A stretch of DNA of 64,000 bases, from the NCBI GenBank assembly GCA_035483735.1, contig DATHPQ010000095.1:6001-70000 (forward strand), given 5' to 3'. The notes beneath the pieces were generated by a model. The model did no database searches. It saw only the letters and a list, made by a program, of their open reading frames with translations, and was not told where the DNA came from. Positions within the stretch are counted from its first letter, which is position 1. Each line of letters starts with the position of its first letter. Position numbers and translations under genes: made by a program. Source of the stretch: Xanthobacteraceae bacterium. Its GTDB lineage: Bacteria; Pseudomonadota; Alphaproteobacteria; Rhizobiales; Xanthobacteraceae. Shown piece by piece: positions 61,208 through 64,000 of this stretch.

Positions 61208-61648
61208 CTAAAACGGTTTCAGCACCACCAAGATGACGATTGCGACCATGAGGATCGTTGGTACTTCGTTGATAATTCTATAGAATCTAGCCGTATGCCG
61301 GTTTTCATCGCGGCCGAAGGCTTTGGTCCAGCCGGCGAACAGGCCATGCACCGCCGAAAGCACGAGAACAAGCAGGAGCTTGGCATGAAGCCACGGCGCG
61401 GCGAACCAGCCATAGTGAGAATCAGGCCCATGCCAGGCAAGCCAAAGCCCCAATAGCCAGGTTGCGATCATCGCCGGATTGATGATGCCGCGAAGGAGCC
61501 GCCGCTCCATGAGCTTGAAGGTTTCCGACTGAACCGAGCCCTTCTCCGCCGCGCAATGATAAACGAATAGCCGCGGCAGATAGAGTATGCCCGCCATCCA
61601 GGCGATGACGGCGATGATGTGAAAGGCTTTAACCCACTCGTAGACCAT
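61208..61648 (-). CDS. hemJ: protoporphyrinogen IX oxidase HemJ (UPF0093 membrane protein, 146 aa)
   Basis: MVYEWVKAFHIIAVIAWMAGILYLPRLFVYH... is typical of HemJ. It starts 5 nt after the hemE stop. The ORF-track start 61882 lies inside hemE. Confidence 0.85.
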   Translation of the reverse strand: MVYEWVKAFHIIAVIAWMAGILYLPRLFVYHCAAEKGSVQSETFKLMERRLLRGIINPAMIATWLLGLWLAWHGPDSHYGWFAAPWLHAKLLLVLVLSAVHGLFAGWTKAFGRDENRHTARFYRIINEVPTILMVAIVILVVLKPF

Positions 61649-61652
61649 CGGT

Positions 61653-62702
61653 TCAGCCGCCTCCGCGTTTCCGGACCTGCGCCACAAGACGCTCAACATG
61701 CGCAATCGGCGTGTCCGGCAAGATGCCGTGACCAAGATTGAAGATAAAGGGCCGGGATGCAAAGGCTTCGAGGATTGTATCGATCGCCCGATCAAGCGCT
61801 TCGCCGCCGGCAAGCAGCACCAGCGGATCGAGATTGCCCTGCACAGGGCGTTTGCTCTGAATACGATCACGCGCGAAACCAAGTTCGATCATCCAATCGA
61901 GCCCGACGGCATCGACCGGAACTTTTTCGACATAGCGCTCAAGCTTCGTTCCGGCACCACGCGGAAATCCGATGAACTTGGCGTCGGGAATATTGTTGCG
62001 GACCGCATCAATGATTCTTGCACACGGCACGACGCACCAAGCTTCAAACTCGGCCGGCGGTAATACGCCTGACCAAGTATCAAAAATCTGCACGGCATCG
62101 ACGCCGGCCTCAAATTGTCGGGTTAAATACGCAACCGAAGCCTCAACCAGCCTATCGATCAGTCGCGCAAAAACTCCAGAATACCGATAGGCAAACAAAC
62201 GTGCCGGAATCTGTTCGCTCGTGCCGAAGCCGGCAATCATATAGGTCGCAACCGTCCACGGCGCCCCGCAAAAACCTAACAGTGCAACATCAGCCGGCAA
62301 TTGTGTCCTCACCAGGCTGATCGTCTCATAAACCGGCGCTAACGCGCTGTGATCGACCTCTGCGCGCAATCGGCCAAAAGCTGCTGGACTATCGATCGCA
62401 TCAAGCCGCGGTCCTTCACCGGCCTCGAAAGTCACACGCTGCCCAAGCGCATGAGGAACGACCAGAATATCGGAAAATAAAATTGCGGCATCGAAGCCAA
62501 AACGATGGATCGGCTGCAAAGTCACCTCGGCAGCCAATTTCGGATCGAAGCACAGATCGAGGAAGCCTCCACATTTCTCGCGGATCGCTCTGTACTCAGG
62601 AAGATAGCGTCCAGCTTGGCGCATCAGCCAGATCGGAGGAACGGCAGTTCTTTCACCTGCAAGAACGCGAAGCAAAGGTTTTGAACACCGCTTGTCCGAC
62701 AC
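61653..62702 (-). CDS. hemE: uroporphyrinogen decarboxylase
   Basis: [17 protein letters not shown] and other HemE blocks; 349 aa. Confidence 0.95.
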   Translation of the reverse strand: MSDKRCSKPLLRVLAGERTAVPPIWLMRQAGRYLPEYRAIREKCGGFLDLCFDPKLAAEVTLQPIHRFGFDAAILFSDILVVPHALGQRVTFEAGEGPRLDAIDSPAAFGRLRAEVDHSALAPVYETISLVRTQLPADVALLGFCGAPWTVATYMIAGFGTSEQIPARLFAYRYSGVFARLIDRLVEASVAYLTRQFEAGVDAVQIFDTWSGVLPPAEFEAWCVVPCARIIDAVRNNIPDAKFIGFPRGAGTKLERYVEKVPVDAVGLDWMIELGFARDRIQSKRPVQGNLDPLVLLAGGEALDRAIDTILEAFASRPFIFNLGHGILPDTPIAHVERLVAQVRKRGGG

Positions 62703-63074
62703 GCCTTCTTCCCAATCAAAATAGATTCTTAGAATCTGTTGTAGTAGTTGGACGGTTGATTGGACTCATAGGTCTGTATTCACATTTCATCCACGTCTTG
62801 CCCACATATCCCCAGTGCCAAGTTTGGCTAGGCGCAATTTCGCAGCCAGCAATGCTATCGGCCATTCGTGGCCATTGCCGAAGACTTTCGGCAAAGTTTT
62901 ATCGCACCTGTCCACAATTCACCGCTCACGGACGTGGTCGTCCAGCTTTACTCCCGCGCGGCATGGATGTGGACAGAATTGCAGCCTATCCAGCCAATCG
63001 GCTTGCATACCCCTGAAAGCCGTGGCCTTCTCCCCAATTGTCGACAGGTTGTCCAGTCGGTTACGACCACCGCA
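62703..63074. other. candidate chromosomal replication origin (Cori-type oriC)
   Basis: Conserved alphaproteobacterial hemE | ori | DUF299-maf context, an AT-rich block at 62711-62790, clustered GANTC sites, and an inverted pair of DnaA-box-like 9-mers (details in findings). Confidence 0.55.
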
Positions 63075-63911
63075 ATGACCGAAACGCCGAGCTATTTCCA
63101 CCTTCATCTGATCTCCGATGCTACCGGCGAGACTTTGATTGCCGTCGGCCGGGCTGCGGCCGCGCAATACGCCAAAGTCATGCCGGTCGAGCACGTCTAT
63201 CCCCTGGTGCGGACGGTGAAGCAGCTCGATCGGGTGCTTACCGAAATCGAAGAATCGCCCGGAATCATCCTCTACACGCTGCTTGATCAGGCCCTTGTCG
63301 AAAAGCTTGAGGGTAAATCGCGTGAGCTCGGTCTGCCATGCCTGTCGGTGCTTGGGCCGGTATTGCACCTGTTCCAGGCCTATCTCGGCGCGGAATCGAC
63401 CCACAAAGTCGGTGCTCAGCACACTCTCAATGCCGAATATTTCCGCCGCATCGATGCGCTGAATTACACCATGCTGCATGATGACGGTCAGCAGGCTGAA
63501 GATTTGGAAGAGGCTGATGTCGTTCTTCTTGGTGTGTCGCGCACATCGAAAACTCCGACCTCGATCTATCTGGCCAATCGCGGCGTCAAGACCGCCAATA
63601 TTCCCTTGGTACCCGGCGTGGCATTGCCGCCGCATATTGAGCGGCTCAAACGTCCGCTTATCGTCGGCCTATTCGCGACGGCGGAGCGGATCGTGCAGAT
63701 CCGGCAAAACCGGCTGCTGGGTCTCAAAGTCCAGCGCGACGACGATCAATATATCGATCGCGAAGCAGTGGCGGCCGAGATTGCAGTTTCGCGCAAATTG
63801 TGCAGCCGGCACAATTGGCCGGTGATCGACGTGACCCGCAGGTCGATCGAAGAAACCGCGGCCGCTGTCCTTGCCCATCTCGCCGAACGCCGCAGGCAGC
63901 GGGCGTCGTGA
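63075..63911 (+). CDS. DUF299 bifunctional kinase/pyrophosphorylase (PpsR/PDRP-like regulatory protein, 278 aa)
   Basis: [15 protein letters not shown]..., and the P-loop-like [15 protein letters not shown]. Start moved to ATG 63075; the ORF-track start 62868 would run through the origin-like spacer. Confidence 0.9.
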   Translation: MTETPSYFHLHLISDATGETLIAVGRAAAAQYAKVMPVEHVYPLVRTVKQLDRVLTEIEESPGIILYTLLDQALVEKLEGKSRELGLPCLSVLGPVLHLFQAYLGAESTHKVGAQHTLNAEYFRRIDALNYTMLHDDGQQAEDLEEADVVLLGVSRTSKTPTSIYLANRGVKTANIPLVPGVALPPHIERLKRPLIVGLFATAERIVQIRQNRLLGLKVQRDDDQYIDREAVAAEIAVSRKLCSRHNWPVIDVTRRSIEETAAAVLAHLAERRRQRAS

Positions 63912-64000
63912 CGGCGTTGTGGCGCGCCGAGAAGCCGCTGCTGCTCGCATCGCGCAGCAAGGTGCGGCAGACCCTGCTTGAGGGCGCCGGCATTCCGCTC
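63908..64000 (+). CDS. maf: Maf-like nucleotide pyrophosphatase, N-terminal fragment (continues beyond the window)
   Basis: GTG 63908 overlaps the DUF299 stop (GTGA). It reads [31 protein letters not shown], resembling Maf N-termini (LILAS.S..R..LL...GI), and sits in the expected position after DUF299. Confidence 0.65.
   Translation, partial: MTALWRAEKPLLLASRSKVRQTLLEGAGIPL

Noticed and set aside
62868-63074. N-terminal 69-aa extension of the DUF299 ORF (track start 62868)
   Set aside because: Homologues begin at the ...[15 protein letters not shown] region. The extension would cover the AT-rich / DnaA-box-like spacer and has non-protein-like composition, so ATG 63075 is used. Similar upstream extensions were trimmed for dnaA, nusA, hemJ, the GMC gene, bdhA, mnmG, trpS and others.
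62703-63074. CtrA boxes (TTAA-N7-TTAA) in the origin candidate, as in Caulobacter Cori
   Set aside because: No TTAA tetranucleotide occurs in the spacer at all, so CtrA control of this origin cannot be claimed from the sequence.

Overview
This is a high-GC (>60% by eye) alphaproteobacterial chromosome segment. Gene content and intergenic repeats look like Hyphomicrobiales/Rhizobiales, Bradyrhizobiaceae-like. All family calls come from motif recognition by eye; no searches were run. The window is the replication-origin neighbourhood and is almost entirely core genome.

Layout:
- 0-3.8 kb: a small catabolic-looking cluster (amidohydrolase fragment, ORF118, Rieske protein, GMC oxidoreductase, DapA-family lyase).
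- 3.9-12.3 kb: rpsT, a ~1 kb non-coding spacer, then dnaA-dnaN-recF-gyrB.
- 12.3-40.3 kb: a long, mostly plus-strand run of housekeeping operons: trpS, nfu, tsaB-rimI, miaB-phoH-ybeY-corC-lnt, an XRE regulator, metK, trmB, and rimP-nusA-ylxR-infB-rbfA-truB-rpsO-pnp.
- 40.4-62.7 kb: a mostly minus-strand run: emrB-emrA-marR, macro-patatin-bdhA, parB-parA-rsmG-mnmG-mnmE, rho, hemJ-hemE.
- 62.7-63.1 kb: a 372-bp hemE/DUF299 spacer with the gene context and sequence features of a Caulobacter-type oriC, followed by DUF299 and maf.

Two perfect parS palindromes lie in the rsmG-mnmG-mnmE region.

I saw no tRNA, rRNA, CRISPR array, IS/transposase, integrase, prophage or recognisable defence system. 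I cannot point to a convincing novel multi-gene system.

The items most worth follow-up:
- the origin candidate
- the unusually long GANTC-rich rpsT-dnaA spacer
- a promoter-plus-intrinsic-terminator mini unit and a triple direct repeat just upstream of rimP
- a tightly packed bdhA-patatin-macro gene string
- a palindromic intergenic repeat family
- a few uncharacterised proteins
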